A stretch of DNA of 64,000 nt from the human T2T-CHM13v2.0 reference genome, Homo sapiens. Of the stretch, positions 12,086 through 27,329 are shown piece by piece. The number at the start of each line of letters is the position of its first letter. Position 1 is the stretch's first letter. The stretch is from the NCBI RefSeq assembly GCF_009914755.1, contig NC_060928.1; one strand, given 5' to 3'. Under the pieces are notes generated by a model that searched no databases, was not told the origin of the DNA, and worked only from the letters and a program-made list of their open reading frames with translations. A program made the translations under genes and the position numbers.

Positions 12086-13676
12086 AATTTCGAGAAATCA
12101 TTGGGGTTGAATCCATGCTTTCTCTTTACCTGAATACAGTTAATTCCTAATACCATTATGTGAAATTGCCATCTATAGCCAAGGAGTTTCATGTGAGCAA
12201 TGTGTCCTTATTCGCAATATTTATTGCTGGAGTGGAGAAAGAACTGGGTTCAGAAGGCAGCTTATCCTTCTGTTCAGTGGATCTCGCTAAGATCATAATC
12301 GGACACAAATTGGCCTAACATCACCAGTGTGGCTTCTTATCCTAACATCAACTGGAGGGTGTAGTAGTGACCAAATTTGCCTATTTCCAAATTTGCTGGG
12401 TAGACAGGTTTGTAGAATGTTGGTATTGAAAGGAATCTAAAGGTTATCTGGCCTTTTCACCCTTTGCCACCGTTAAAGAAAAAATACTCTTTGTGATTTC
12501 ATGAAATGGGAAAGGACCTGGGTGCTGAAATCTGACTTCCTTGTGTTTGAATCTGATTTTCTGGTTTGCTAATTATGTGACCCTTGGTCAAATTAACCTC
12601 TGCATTTCTCTTTTACAGCTGTTGAAATGGTATCCACCCAGTAAGATTGCAGGGATCACATTAGATGATGCATTGAGATTGCTTGGCATGGTGTGTGGCG
12701 TTATGTAATCACTCAGAAACCAGTGGCTATTTCATTTCCTCCCCTTACTGCACTGCCATATCCCAGCTGCTGACCCTCCAGCCGGAACACTCACTGCCTT
12801 CCTCTTCCTTTTTAATTTTTTGTCCTTCCAAACGTTAGATCAGTCTCCACTTGTACTAGTTCTAGTGAACAAACATGGACCCAACCCCTGTAAATTTATA
12901 GTGAAGTTGAAAAGTCAACAGTAACTGTTGTACAAGCCATGCAATAGCAAGTTTGGGGAAAGGGAGTGTTTTCGATCTGATTGGGAGAAACTACGGGGAA
13001 AAGAATCTACTTTGAACTAGGGCTTGAAAAACGGGTCTCAGTCGTCAAGTCTCTTCTGGGTGTTTAACCTTTTTCACCAAAACTTTCCATGTCATATCTT
13101 GTATAACTTAGTAGTCCAGGTATGGTGGTGCCAGTTTAACCTTCTTGTTAATTGTTTCTAATCTGGGGATATTATAAAGAATGTTTCCATTTGGGGAAAT
13201 TTTTGGGGAAATTCAAATATTTTGAATTTGGGATATTTCTTTGGAATTCCAAGAAGTGGATTGTATAATGAAAACATTCATTTTTCTTCTTTTTTTTTTG
13301 GAAAATATTCAAGCATATCCTGAAAAAAATACTGTGTATACATGTATTCCTACCACCTAGATTCAACAATTAACATTTTACCATATTTTTTATGTAAATG
13401 TGTAGGTGTGAACACTTAGGCTGAATAGTGAGTTGCAGACATATTTCACCCCTAAAAGTTACAGCATGCATCTGTCAGGACACTTTCCAAAGTAGTCACA
13501 ATACCATTATAGCATCTAAAGACATTTCTCAATGCTTAATGTTCAGTCCATATTCAAATTTCTGTAGCTGCCTTCAAACTTACCTTTTTGAACATGGCTT
13601 CAGCTGTTTCATGCATTACATTTAGTGATTATGTCTCTTTAGTCTTGAGAACAATCCTTCCTTCACCCCCCCCCCA

Positions 13677-13962
13677 TTTTTTTTTTTTTTTTTTTTTTTT
13701 GAGACAGGCTGTCACCCAGGCTGGAGTGCAGTGGCACAATCATAGCTCACTCTAGCACTCAGTCGATCCTCCCACCTCCACCTCCTGAGTAGTGGGGACT
13801 ACAGGCACATGCCATCACGCCCAGCTAATTTTTGTGTTTTTTATAGAGAGACTGTTTCACCATGTTGTCCAGGTTGGTCTTGAACTCCTGGGGTCAAGTG
13901 ATCTACCCTGCCTAGGCCTCCCAAAATGCTGGGATTACAGGTGTGAGCCACCACGCCCAGCC
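13677..13962 (-). mobile_element. AluJ (internally deleted)
   Basis: Poly(T) plus antisense Alu with J-type features. Confidence 0.9.
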
Positions 13963-14383
13963 ACCCCCACCTTTGTAATGTCCCCCATCCTCGATTTGTC
14001 TGGTTCCCCCAAATGTTCATTAATTCATTCATCTCCTATATTTTCTATAAACTGCAAGTTCAGTCTAGGGGTCTGATTATATTTAGCAAGAATCCTTCAC
14101 AGGTGATGCTGTGGGCTTCATACTGGATCACATCAGGAGGTAACTAAAATGGTTTTTATGTGTGATAATAAATTTGAGTCTTTGGTTAAGATATGATCAC
14201 CAGAACTCTCCTTTAAAAATATGATCTTTTCCCTATCCCCACAACCTTTCACTTAAGTGATTTTATTATAGCACGCATTGATGATCCTTGCTAAAAAGAT
14301 TACTTCATTGGGAGTTAAAGAATGGGAAGAGTATATTTTACAGGCTCTTGTTATTGTCAGATAACCCATAGAAAGCTTTTATC

Positions 14384-14712
<329 letters not shown>

Positions 14713-16222
14713 CTAATCCTTTATCTAACCTGGGTATTATGTTGGAAAAGGGGAAAGGGAAAAGTCACCGAACTTGATAGGTGGCAAATGGTGTCCCTGG
14801 TGTGTTTTATTCCATGATAGAGTATTTTTCCCTCACATTAAGCTGCCATTTGCAGTGCATGGGTTATGTGACTAGTATTCTAGACCCAGTTCAAATGCCC
14901 ATCTTGGTAGATGGGGGGAAACCTGTTTTCACCAGTTATATAGATTGAGTTCACCACTCGGAAGGGTTCTGCTAATAAGGAAGGGGATGCTGAGCAGTAA
15001 AGAAAAGAAAGATGATCCACCAGGCTGAAAAATGCATCTTTTTCCTTTTGATTTATGTATTTAGAGGATATTAACCTTTTGTTAAGTATTTCTCTCCAAA
15101 TTAAGTTTTTTATTTGTATTATGCTGGGCTTTAAAAAAAAAATTTAAGTCGGCAGTGTCCTTGCCGACTTTTGATGTCTCCATAAGGTGCATACAGACTA
15201 TTTCCCAGATGCTGTACAAGGCAGTTTTACTATCACTGAATACTGGCAACTACTCTGTGAGGTTAAAGTGGTAGTCTCCCTTTGTGTTATTGTATTCGCA
15301 AGTATCTAGGCACTTTTGGAGCCTGCATTATTTGAATAGGTACTGGCTCACTATTTGCCAGGGTTGTCAGGAATGTAAATGGTCACAATCCAGGCTACTT
15401 TTAAGTAAGTCATCTAGGTGGTGCTTAGAACCCTCAAATCCATTCCAAATAACTTTGAAGCCCCATGTGTCTTTACCAGAATATAATCGGAGGTTTATCT
15501 GCTGTTACTTTGGTAGTGATTAGATAATTGTACTGTCTAGTCTGTTTTGTCTGAGGAACAGGACTCTTTCAGCGTTTGTGGTTTTCCAGTAGACCACACT
15601 CAGCTGAAAGCAAGACTGTACTGAGACACCAAGGCTCTGATAATAAGGGACTTTGCCCTTCCAACAGACTGAGGGCAGGCCTTGAAATGCTCTTTGAACA
15701 CACAATTCTATTTTAGCTTTAAAAAGACCATGTGCCTCCCCTGGATAAGTGCTTTAAATCACCCTTCTCTATTATGGAGGCCCAGTCCTAACATCTCATT
15801 TACCTTATTTCATGTGTAGGAGGAAGAAACAATTACAGGTTCTGATATCTTCACTGCTAACTATTCCTATAAATTATCCTCTAAGAAACACTACCAACCC
15901 CTTCTCAAAAAAGGTGCATGAGCACATATTTTCTTAGGAATACTCACACTACTGGATGTGGAAAACCAGTCGTGCTCAACTGAATGAACTACAGAAAAAT
16001 GCCTTTAGTTTTCCATCTTTGAACTACAATCTTTGAAGAAACTCCTTGTGCAGGTAAAACTTGGTACCCAGGACTGCAACTGAGGAATTCACAATCTCAA
16101 GGGAAGAAGCAAGTGATCCTGGTAGAGTGGTTTTAAAGAGCTTCCCAAGCTTACATATACACGAGAATATAATTTTTCCATCCTATTTTTAAGCTGATTT
16201 ACAAATAAATAGTAAAACAAAT

Positions 16223-16553
16223 TACAGTTAGCCTTCCATATCCATGGGTGCTGCATTGGTGGATTCAACGGAGATAGAAAATATTCAGGGTGAAAAATTC
16301 CCACGAAGTTCTAAAAGACAAAACGAATTTGCCATGTGCCAAGTACTGTGTTGCATCCACGCGAATGAAGTGATGTGTAGTTATTGTATTGGGTATTGAA
16401 AGTAATGTAGAGATGATTTATAGTATATGGGAGGATGTGCAGAGGTTATATGCAAATATTGTGCCATTTTACAAAGGGACTTAAGCATCCATGGATTTTG
16501 GTATTTGTGGGGATCCTGGAACCAACCCCACACTTATACCAAGGGACAACTAT
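16223..16553 (-). mobile_element. MER2/MER2B-like Tigger MITE
   Basis: ta-cagtt...caact-ata ends; reverse complement of the MER2 core (gggaggatgtgcagaggttatatgcaaat). Confidence 0.75.
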
Positions 16554-16935
16554 ATAGAGGCATACAGAGCAAAAAGTGAAAGGGCAAGTGTACTTCCTCC
16601 CCAGATTCTACGGCCATTAAGTTCGTGCGTATCTATCTTTCTACAACTTTTCTGTGCATTGTTTTTTACACTGTGTATCAGTCCTTTTTCAATGTCCAGC
16701 ATATTTTGGCTACAAAGTACCATGTAATAAGATATGCCACCATTTATTTAAACATTTTCCCATTATGGGCACAAGTCACTCCTCCCCACAATATTCTGTG
16801 GTTACAACAATGTACTGAAGGAATCGTAGTACACAACATCTTTGTACATTCTTACAAGTATTCTATAGGATAAATTCCTGGAAGGGAAATGTCTGGGTCA
16901 AAGCATAAGCTAAATTTTAAATTTTTGATGTTACA

Positions 16936-17239
<304 letters not shown>

Positions 17240-18515
17240 CAAATTTGATGTTACCAAACTACCTTCCCCACCAACTGCAGATGATCTTACATTTTTGCCA
17301 GTCGTGAGTGCAGTGCAAAAAACAAATCTTACAGTACTTTAATTGCATTTATCTGACAAATGAAGTGAACCATTTTATCACAAGTCCATTGGTCATTTGT
17401 GTGACTTTATGGACTGCCTATTCCTGTACTTAGTTCATTTTCTGAGATTGTCTTTTGCCTACTAGTTTGTAGAGTAAGAAGGTTGTACAAGGTTGATTGC
17501 CTCCAGTCAACTGCATGACTCTTCCTGAGTTTGCTCCACTGCCTACACCTCAGTAGGTATCACCTGTGAGCTGCTTACAACAGTTCCCACCTTTACCTTT
17601 CTTCTTACAAATGCTACAGGAAAAAATGATCAATCCTTGAGTGAGACTTTATGTGTGTCACCAACTCAGGATCTTTGGCATTTGAAGCTCCACTAATATC
17701 TTTTTACTACTTGTCCAAGCAAATGATATTTATTCTGGATAAAGTGGAAGCTGTTTAACATTGGCAGTTTTGAAACCCACTGAATGAATATGAATTTCAT
17801 CATGGATTGTCTTTATGGCCTAGAGAGATCAAATCTAAAATTGTTTGCCAAATGTCAGTCCTGAACTTAACTATAGTCCTATTAACCTGATATTTGCTTA
17901 TCTTGAATGAAGGTTAAAAAGAGGAGACTGGTTTCTTGTCCTTGTGAAATTTACTCACATCCAATCAATAGTTTCAGTGATTCCTTTGTGTAAAATTACA
18001 TGCTTCAGTATGTGTGTAGGCATTAAAGCATAGGTTAGGGTGCCCAGCTCCTGGATGACATGTCTCTACCCAAGTTACAGGTAACTTGAGACCTGGTGTT
18101 TTTCCATTCAACTAGCCATTGTCTCTGCTTTCAGCCATTCCTCTTAACACAGATGTCACTATTCTAAAACTAGCACCCTGTGGACCCACTGTTCAGATTA
18201 TTTCAAGCTTGAGAGCAGAGCATAAGCCAGTTTATCTGACAGGTGGAGGACAGCACTCCTCTTGTACCTATGTATTTGTCTGGAATTCCCCACAGCAAAA
18301 CAGAGTCAACCAGCATTTTCCCCTTTCCTACATCCATGATACATTCCCGTCATTATAGCACAACACTGACCTAAAAAAGTAAAATTGTGGAGAAGGGGAA
18401 AGAAGTATATATGAAGCCACATGCCCTACGTACCTTCCATTGCTTGTACTTTGAAACCATCTTTCTTTCAAATTAGTCATTATGCTTTACAGATGACACG
18501 TGAGCCCAAGATAAG

Positions 18516-18864
18516 TACAGTCATCCCTTGGTATCCATGGGGGATTGGATCCTGGATTTTCCCCCATACCAAAATCCAAGGATGCTGAAGTCCCTGATAT
18601 AAAATGGTGAAGTATTTTCATATAATCTACACACATCCTCCCCTATACTTTAAATCATCTCTAGATTACTTATAATTCCTAATAAAATGTAAATGCTATG
18701 TAAATAGTTGTTACATTGTTTAGGGAATGACAGTATGAAAGTCTGTGCCTGTTCAGAACGGATGCAACACCATCCCTTTTGCCACCTCCATGCCCTCAAT
18801 TATTTGCAATTCACAGTGGGTTGAATCCATAGATGCAGAACCCAACAACAGAGGGACAACTGTA
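18516..18864 (+). mobile_element. MER2 Tigger MITE
   Basis: TA-cagtcatccct...agggacaactg-TA: TIRs with TA target duplication and MER2 core. Confidence 0.85.
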
Positions 18865-19931
18865 ATCTGTCCATGGTTAGGGAGCCAGTAAAAGGTGAAG
18901 CTCAGATGATACAGATTTGTCTGACTTCAAGTTATGAAGGGGGTTTTGCTTGTGAGAATAAACTAGTGAAAATGTGGTTTTATAAGTTGCTTTAATGTAA
19001 TCTGCAGCCAGTCTTAAACACTGTTACCATTTAACCACTTTTGGATTGTACTGTAGACAATTAGACAGGTAATAAGACTGGACTGTTAATAGGCCTTAGA
19101 GGCTTTATAAACTGGAGCTTGAGAAAGAAGTCCTAAAAATCTGCAGTGATTAGCAACTCTTCTAATGCATCATTAGAAGCACATGGGGGATCACCCCATC
19201 CAATGCTGCTTTCCATGTTGCCCTGTGGATTTTCTCCATTTACCAGCACTAGTCAAGACACTAGTGCACCTCTAGTGACAGCTAAAATTGATAGTTTTTC
19301 TTTCCTTATTTGCATGAAGACATGTATTAATAAATAAAAGTTTAATAAAACACAAGTAAATGTTAGTGTAACACACATTTCAAGAAATGAGCATAAAGTA
19401 AATGTTTTTAAGTCATGAATAATGTAAACTAAGCTTTAATGGGTAAAATCCCAGGAAATAAGAAATAGTAACTGAAACAGGCAAGAGTATAAATTCCCCC
19501 AGGGTCCTCCAAGTTTGAGAGTATAGGGGCAGAATAAAACTTTAATTCTGAAGCTAGTGACCCTGAAGTTTGAATGCCTTGGCCCCCTCACCTGCCTTAC
19601 ACTGTCCAGGCAAAACAGCCAACCAGAAATAAAAAATATGGCACTGAATTACCATCCTTTACCTTGCACAAGTTACATGAATGTCTGGTACTATATTTCC
19701 TCATCTGTAAGAAAAAAGGAAGGAGTTGAAATATGATATCCTGAAGTGTATGAGATAAAGATACTGGTAATCAAATATTTCCCTGTTAAAGATGGTGTAT
19801 TAAAATCTAAAAAGATACACAGAACTTATTAAAAAGACCACTGTCCTTTAAAATCATCTTGGTGGTTTCTTCACATGTATTACCACAGTTCAAAACAAAT
19901 TTACAACAAAATTCTTTAAAACTGCCTTCAG

Positions 19932-20298
<367 letters not shown>

Positions 20299-20503
20299 CT
20301 ACAAAGAGTTAAACAATACTATCCACATAAATAACTCATCATCAGACTTGGCTCCAAAACACAATTGCAAAAGACAGAGGATAAAAATGTGTCCCTGTTA
20401 GATAATTTCAGTATCTACCTAAGTTGTTTTCTTTGGGCAATGATGGCAGCACCATTGGAGTAAGTTTAAAACCTCCATGTTAATTCTTTAAAAACCAGTA
20501 TTC

Positions 20504-20809
<306 letters not shown>

Positions 20810-22036
20810 TCATAGTGTCAACATTTTATAGGTTCTGATACATGTTTAAAAATTATCTTAATCTCCTTCCTCATATCCAAAGCTTACCCCCTAGACTTGG
20901 CTAAATGTTCTCTTATCCTAATCTTTATACTCCCTTATCCACCTCTAACTGATAAGTGGAGTGGACCATACTTACTAAGGAGTGGAATCACTGTGTACCC
21001 AATGTCACATACAAAAATGCCCCCTCCTTCCCCTTACCTCAAATTGAGTAAAGCAGTAGGTCAACCATAGGCAGTCCCATCCATCAGGCTCTGCTATTCT
21101 GTGTTCAGGCGTAAAATACACACATGTATACATATGATTTCATAGACATGTCAGGACAATAAAATGCATTGTTGGGTAATTTGGAAATCTAAAGCCTAAG
21201 AGCTCAGGGAAATTTCACATATATACATTCTCTCCACTTTCTAAAAAATAAATGACATCACCTGTGTGAGTGATAGCTTTAAAGCAAAAACTTCTTATGT
21301 TAAATCATTAAATGTTTGCTTCTACTACCCTAATTTCCTGAAGCCACATCTTTTTTTACTTACCAAATACACATGCCTTAAATAAGTAAATCCCTGGCCA
21401 GGTTCCTTACTTAGCTCAAAGTTTTAACTTTTTTTTTTTTTTTTTAAACATGCATAGTGTTCTGTCCTTTCAGCAGAGCCCTAGGAGCAGCCGAGACCTA
21501 GTCTCCTAAATTTTTACAACTCTCCATAGGCATATTTACAAGGTGTTACCTGAAAATACCAACAAGCCACCAGACACATTTGTGTCCAATTCATTAAAAA
21601 GAATTTATATTCATTCCACTAGTAAAAATGATTTATTCCTCTGGCTCTGATTTGAAAGGATGTAATAGGTTTGAGTAAACAATAACCATCTCTGGCCTTT
21701 TTTCCCCTTCTTTGTAGGCGTTAGCCACTCTACAGGTCTAAACCCTTGTTATAGCAAAAGATCTTAGTGCATAAAGTGGATAAGATCTAAAGCACACAAA
21801 TTTAGTTTTGACTATAATGTACCTCTTGGGATTATGTAAAAGCCACAGCCAACCAGCTCAGCTCCTGGGTATTATTAATAGTAGTAATGAAGTAAAACAT
21901 TTTGAAACTGGACTCAAATTGTGTTCAGTGTGCTAAACCAGGGATGCTGTGAAATGAATGTAAATTTTAACAAGCCTGTTCTGAGCTTTAGACTTCTCAT
22001 TAGTGCCCCTTTCCCAAGTGTAATGTGCAGAATGAG

Positions 22037-22049
22037 CCACTAGAGGGCA
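22037..22049 (+). promoter_or_regulatory. CTCF core motif CCACTAGAGGGCA
   Basis: Matches the CCRSYAGRKGGCR consensus at every position; lies in non-repeat intergenic DNA. Confidence 0.7.
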
Positions 22050-22109
22050 ATCATTTTCTTTAGGAAAAAGATGCTGTTTGAAAGCACTGTACATTCATTT
22101 AACCACAAT

Positions 22110-22815
22110 GACACCATGTCTCACACCCAGGAGAATGGATATAATCAAAGGAAAAGGCAATATCAAGTGTTGGAGGGGACAAGGAGCAACTGGAAATCTC
22201 ATATGTTGCTGATGGAAACATATGGTACTGCCACTTGGATAACAGTTTGCAGTTTCTTAAAAAGTTAAAATCATGTTACAATAAAACCCAGCAATTCCAC
22301 GTATATGAAACTACCCAAGATAAATGAAAGCATATGGTCAATTAAGATATGTTCATGAACATTCATGGCATCACACATAATAGACAAAAATTGGAAACAA
22401 TCCAAACAACCATTATTGGTGAATGAATAAACAAAATGTGATATATGCATATGAGGGAATACTATTCAGCTATAAAAAATTCTACACTATGGATGAAGTG
22501 AACCTCAAAAATATTATGCTAAGTGAGAGAAGCCAGATGCAAAAGATTAAATATAGTGTGTGATTCAATTTATATGAAATACCCAGAAAAGACAAATTTA
22601 TAGACTGAAAGCAGATCAGTGGCTACCTAGGGTGAAGAGAAAGGAGGGGAGGAGTGGGGACTGACTGCAGACAGGCTCATGAGAATTTCAGGGGGATGAT
22701 GAAAGTGTTCCAAATCTGGATTATGATGAGGCTGGCACAATGCTACAGGTTTACTGAATCACCATGTACACTTACAGTGGGTGAATTTAATATAAATCAT
22801 ACTTCAATAAAGCTA
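22110..22815 (+). mobile_element. Old L1M 3' fragment
   Basis: L1 ORF2-end and 3'UTR motifs (cccagcaattccac, atgctaagtgagagaagccaga, acttcaataaagct). Confidence 0.8.
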
Positions 22816-23376
22816 ACAAAAAACACACTGATTTAGCACTGCATTAGAATAGGTACTGGGAAATGAAACAAGTGAAAGAAAGAAAACTAGAGCACTGTGT
22901 ATTAGAATGTAATACAAATAGCCACTATGTCATTCGGTCCTGAGCTCTGGCTTTTCAGACAGGAAAAAAGCTCACTGTTTGCAAACAGACTAGGGAAATT
23001 TAGGAATTTATGATCAAGTAAGAATTTTATTACTTTTGGCCAAAGGCCATTACATTTGTTACATTAAACAGAAACATTTGTTTAAAAAGGAAGGTTGTAA
23101 AGTTTCAAGCAGAATGCAATTATTTTCTGACTCTCCATCAGTACTTTGGAGTCATATTTATGAAGGGATTTAAAACACATCAATGTGCTAAGGGTCTGAT
23201 GTTATATAAAATAACTAATAACTTGAGATATTCAGGGCAAAGAGAGACACTTGAAGTGACAGGCATATCCATACCAAGTAATTTTACATTTCCTGAATTA
23301 TCCTTTTATAAACTAGTTTAAATTTACTTAAGAAACTTCAGGTATAATAATATATGAGATCAAAAGGCTCGTTCTG

Positions 23377-23648
23377 GCCTGTAATCCCAGCACTTTGGAA
23401 GGCTGAGGCAGGAGGATTGCTTGAGCCCAGCAGTTCATACCAGCCTGGGCAACTTAGCAAGACCTGTCTCTACAAAAATATCAAAATTAGCCGGGCATAG
23501 TGGTGCGGGCCTGTAGTGCCTACTACTCAGTAGACAGAGGTGGGAGAACCACTTGAGCCCGGGAGGTCAAGGCTGCAGTGAGTCATGTTCACGTCATTGC
23601 ACTCCAACCTGGGCAGCAAAGCAAGACCCTGTCTCAAAAAAAAAGAAA
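23377..23648 (+). mobile_element. AluJ
   Basis: ggaggattgcttgagcccag J-type features and A tail. Confidence 0.9.
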
Positions 23649-23668
23649 GCTCTGTTAAGGTCTATAAG

Positions 23669-24012
23669 CAGCAGTCTCCAACTTTTTTGGCACCAGGGAC
23701 CAGTTTTGCAGAAGACAATTTTGCCACGGACAGGGCAGGGGTGGGGACAGGTGGTTTGGAGATGAAACTATTCCACCTCAGCTCATCAGGCATTAGATTC
23801 TCATAAGGAGATTGCAACCTAGATCCCTCACATGCGCAGTTCACAATAAAGTTTGCTCCCCTATGAGAATCCAATGCTGTCATTGGTCTGACAGGAGGCG
23901 GAGCTCAGGCAGTAATGCTCATGGCCTGCCGCTCACCTCCTGCTGTGCAGCTCCGTTCCCAACAGCCCACGGACCAGTATTGATTTGAGGCCCGCGGACG
24001 GGGGCCCCCTGG
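23669..24012. mobile_element. MER1B-like hAT-Charlie element
   Basis: tttggcaccagggaccagttt...gcattagattctcataaggag...ccccctg; flanked by gtctat on both sides. Confidence 0.8.
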
Positions 24013-24705
24013 TCTATGGAACGTCTTCAACACATAAATTTCAGAGGAGGCTAGTGGTACACAAGAGAAAAATTAGTGAATATTAAGACAAAACTATGTC
24101 TTTTCTTTGGCTTCTAGAATGGTAGTGGTTTATGGGGTTATAAAAGACAAGATCATCCAAAGGGCTCTCCCATTACTATTAGTTCCTAGTTCAATTATAA
24201 ACAATATACTTTTAAAAATGCTTTACTGGGCTCTCAAGAAAGCAGGGACACTGAAAGGCCAATATAAGAGATGGAACCTGAGCAGGAGTGGTAACTAAAC
24301 AGGAAAACCAAAGTTGCCCTGAGGACAAATGCCATTATCAGCGCTGGGACTGAGAGACCAAGTTCTGGACCCATAGCAAAAGGAGGAGCCAAGAAGAAAG
24401 CTAAAATGCCCCAGGTCAGTTTTGTTCCCTAGCCTAGAGACACAAATGTGAAACCTCTCTGAAGGAGCACATTCCCAATTAAAGAACCTCTGGATTCTCA
24501 ACAGGTTCTACTAAATATATATTTACAAATAAAAATCACCAAACACAGGAAGAATGACATACCATAAGGAAAAGTTCAACAGAGACAATAAACAGATTTA
24601 GACCCTCAAGGGACTTCAGATATTGGAATTACTGGCTACAGGATATAAAGATAACTATGTATGAAATGCCCAGAGAAATAAAAAAGATAGAAACCAAAGA
24701 AACAG

Positions 24706-26790
24706 AGGAAGTCTAGCCAGAGCAATTAGGCAAGAGAAATAAATAAAAGGCTTCCAAATTGTCGCTCCCCACTGAGAATATAATCTTACATCTAGAAAAG
24801 CCTCGACTCTGCCAAAAAAATTGTTAGATTTGGTAAATGAATTCAGTAAAGTTGCAGGACACAAAACTAATATACAAAAATCAGTAGTATTTCTATACGC
24901 CAACAATGAACTAGTGGAAAAAGAAATCAAGAAAGCAATCCTATTTACAATAGCTCCCCATAAAAATAAAATACATAGGAATAAATTTAACTGAGGAGGT
25001 GAAAGATGTCCATAGCAAAACTATAAAACACTGATGAAAGAAACCGAAGAAGTCATAAATAAATGGAAAGACATTCCATGTTTCTAAATCAGAAAAATTA
25101 CTATTGTGAAAATGACCATAATTCCAAAAGCAATCTATAAATTCAGTGCAATCCCTATCAAAATACCAGTGTCAGTCTTCACAGAAATAGAAAAAAAAAA
25201 ATCTTAAAACACACATGAAAGTACAAAAGACCCTGAATAGTCAAAGCATTCCTGAGCAAAAAGAGTAATGCTGGAGGTATCCATACTACCTGACTTCAAA
25301 AGATACTATAAAACTATAGAAACCCCAATAGCATGGTACTGGCATAATAACAGACACACAGACCAATGGAACGGTAAAGAGAACCCAGAAATAAATTCAC
25401 ATATTTACAGTCAACTGATTTTCAACAAAGTGCCAAGAACATTCAGTAAGGAAAGGACAGTCTCTTCAATAAATAGTGCTGGGAAAACTGGATATCCATA
25501 TGCAGAAGAATGAAATTAAACCCCTATCTCTTACCATATACAAAAAGCAAATCAAAATGGAGTAAAGACTTAAATGTACGACTTGAAACTATGAAACTAC
25601 TAAAAGAAAACATTGGGGAAACACTTCAGGACGCTGTTTTGGTCAAAGATTTTTTGTGTAGGACTTCAAAAGCACCAGAAACAAAAACAAAAATAGACAA
25701 ATGGAATTACATCAAGCTAAAAAGCTTCTGCACAGCAAAGGAAACAATCAATTGAATGAGGAGACAACACACAGAATGGGAGAAAATAATGTACAATCTC
25801 TCCATCTGACAAGGGATGAATATCCAGAATACACAAGGAATTCAATTCAATAGCAAAACAAAACAAATAATCTCAGGTCTTACGGGACGATACAGAAAAA
25901 AAAAACACAAATAATCCACTTTAAAAATGGGCAAATGATCTGAATAGACATTTCTCGAAAGACACACAAATTGCCAGCAGGTATATGAAAAAATGCTCTA
26001 CATCACCAATCATCAGAGAAATATAAATCAAAACCACAACAATATCTTACCCCAGTCAGAATGGCTATTAAGATTAAAAATAACAGATATTGGCAAGGAT
26101 GCAGAGAAAAAGAAACTCTTATATATTGTTGGTGGGAATGTAAACTAGTACAGTCACTATGGAGATTTCTCAAAAACTAAAACCAGAATTACCATTCGAT
26201 CAAGCAATCTCATTACTAGGTATCTACCCAAAGGAAAAGAAATCAATACATCAGAGGGATACCTGCACTTGCATGTTTATTGCAGCACTATTCACGATAG
26301 CAAAGATATGAAATCAACCTAAGTGTTCACCAGTGCATGAATGGATAAAGAAAACGTGGCATATGCACACAATGGAACGCTATTCAGCCATAAGAAAAAG
26401 AATGAAATCATGCCATTTGCAGCAACATGGATGGACTGGAAGTCACTATGTTAGGTGAAATAAGCCAGGCACAAAAGACAAATATCACATGTTCTTACTT
26501 ACATGTGGGAGCTAAAAAATTTGATCACATGGAGGTAGGCAGTGGAAAGATAATAGAGGCTGGGAAGGGTGAGGGCAGGGGACGGGGGAGGATGAAGACA
26601 AGTAGGTTAAAGAGTACAAACATATAGTTAGATATAATTAAATTCAATGTTTGATAGCAGAGTAGGGTGACTACAGTTAACAAAATCATAGCTGGGTGAT
26701 GGACACTCTAAATACTCTGACTTGATCACGATACATTATATACATGCAACAAAATTTTACATGCAACCTATCAATATGTACAAATTTTTC
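24706..26790 (+). mobile_element. L1MA-type LINE, 5'-truncated (degenerate ORF2 C-terminus plus 3'UTR)
   Basis: ORFs 25268..25513 and 25510..25755 translate as L1 ORF2 ([27 protein letters not shown]). Confidence 0.92.
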
Positions 26791-26942
26791 TAAAAAGCTC
26801 AGCAAACTGGAACTTCCTTGCTCTGACAGAGTAGCAAAACCAAGGAAGATTCAATATTGTAGCACTGTCAATACTCCCTAATTAATCTTTAAATGTGATT
26901 CTAGTTGAAAGAAAGAGAAAGAGAGATAGGGAGAGAAAGGAA

Positions 26943-27319
<377 letters not shown>

Positions 27320-27329
27320 TTAAAAAGCA

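Larger units (their letters stand above)
6772..12100 (+). other. AFF1: AFF1 3'UTR (~5.3 kb)
   Basis: U-rich, Alu-free sequence from the stop codon to AATAAA at 12080-12085; the end is inferred ~15 nt past the signal. Confidence 0.8.

Noticed and set aside
13180-13250. Small palindrome aaattcaaa-tat-tttgaattt and repeated ttggggaaatt
   Set aside because: Short and AT-rich, compatible with chance
25268-25755. L1 ORF2-like ORFs as an active retrotransposon
   Set aside because: 5'-truncated and frameshifted, with no ORF1, endonuclease domain or promoter
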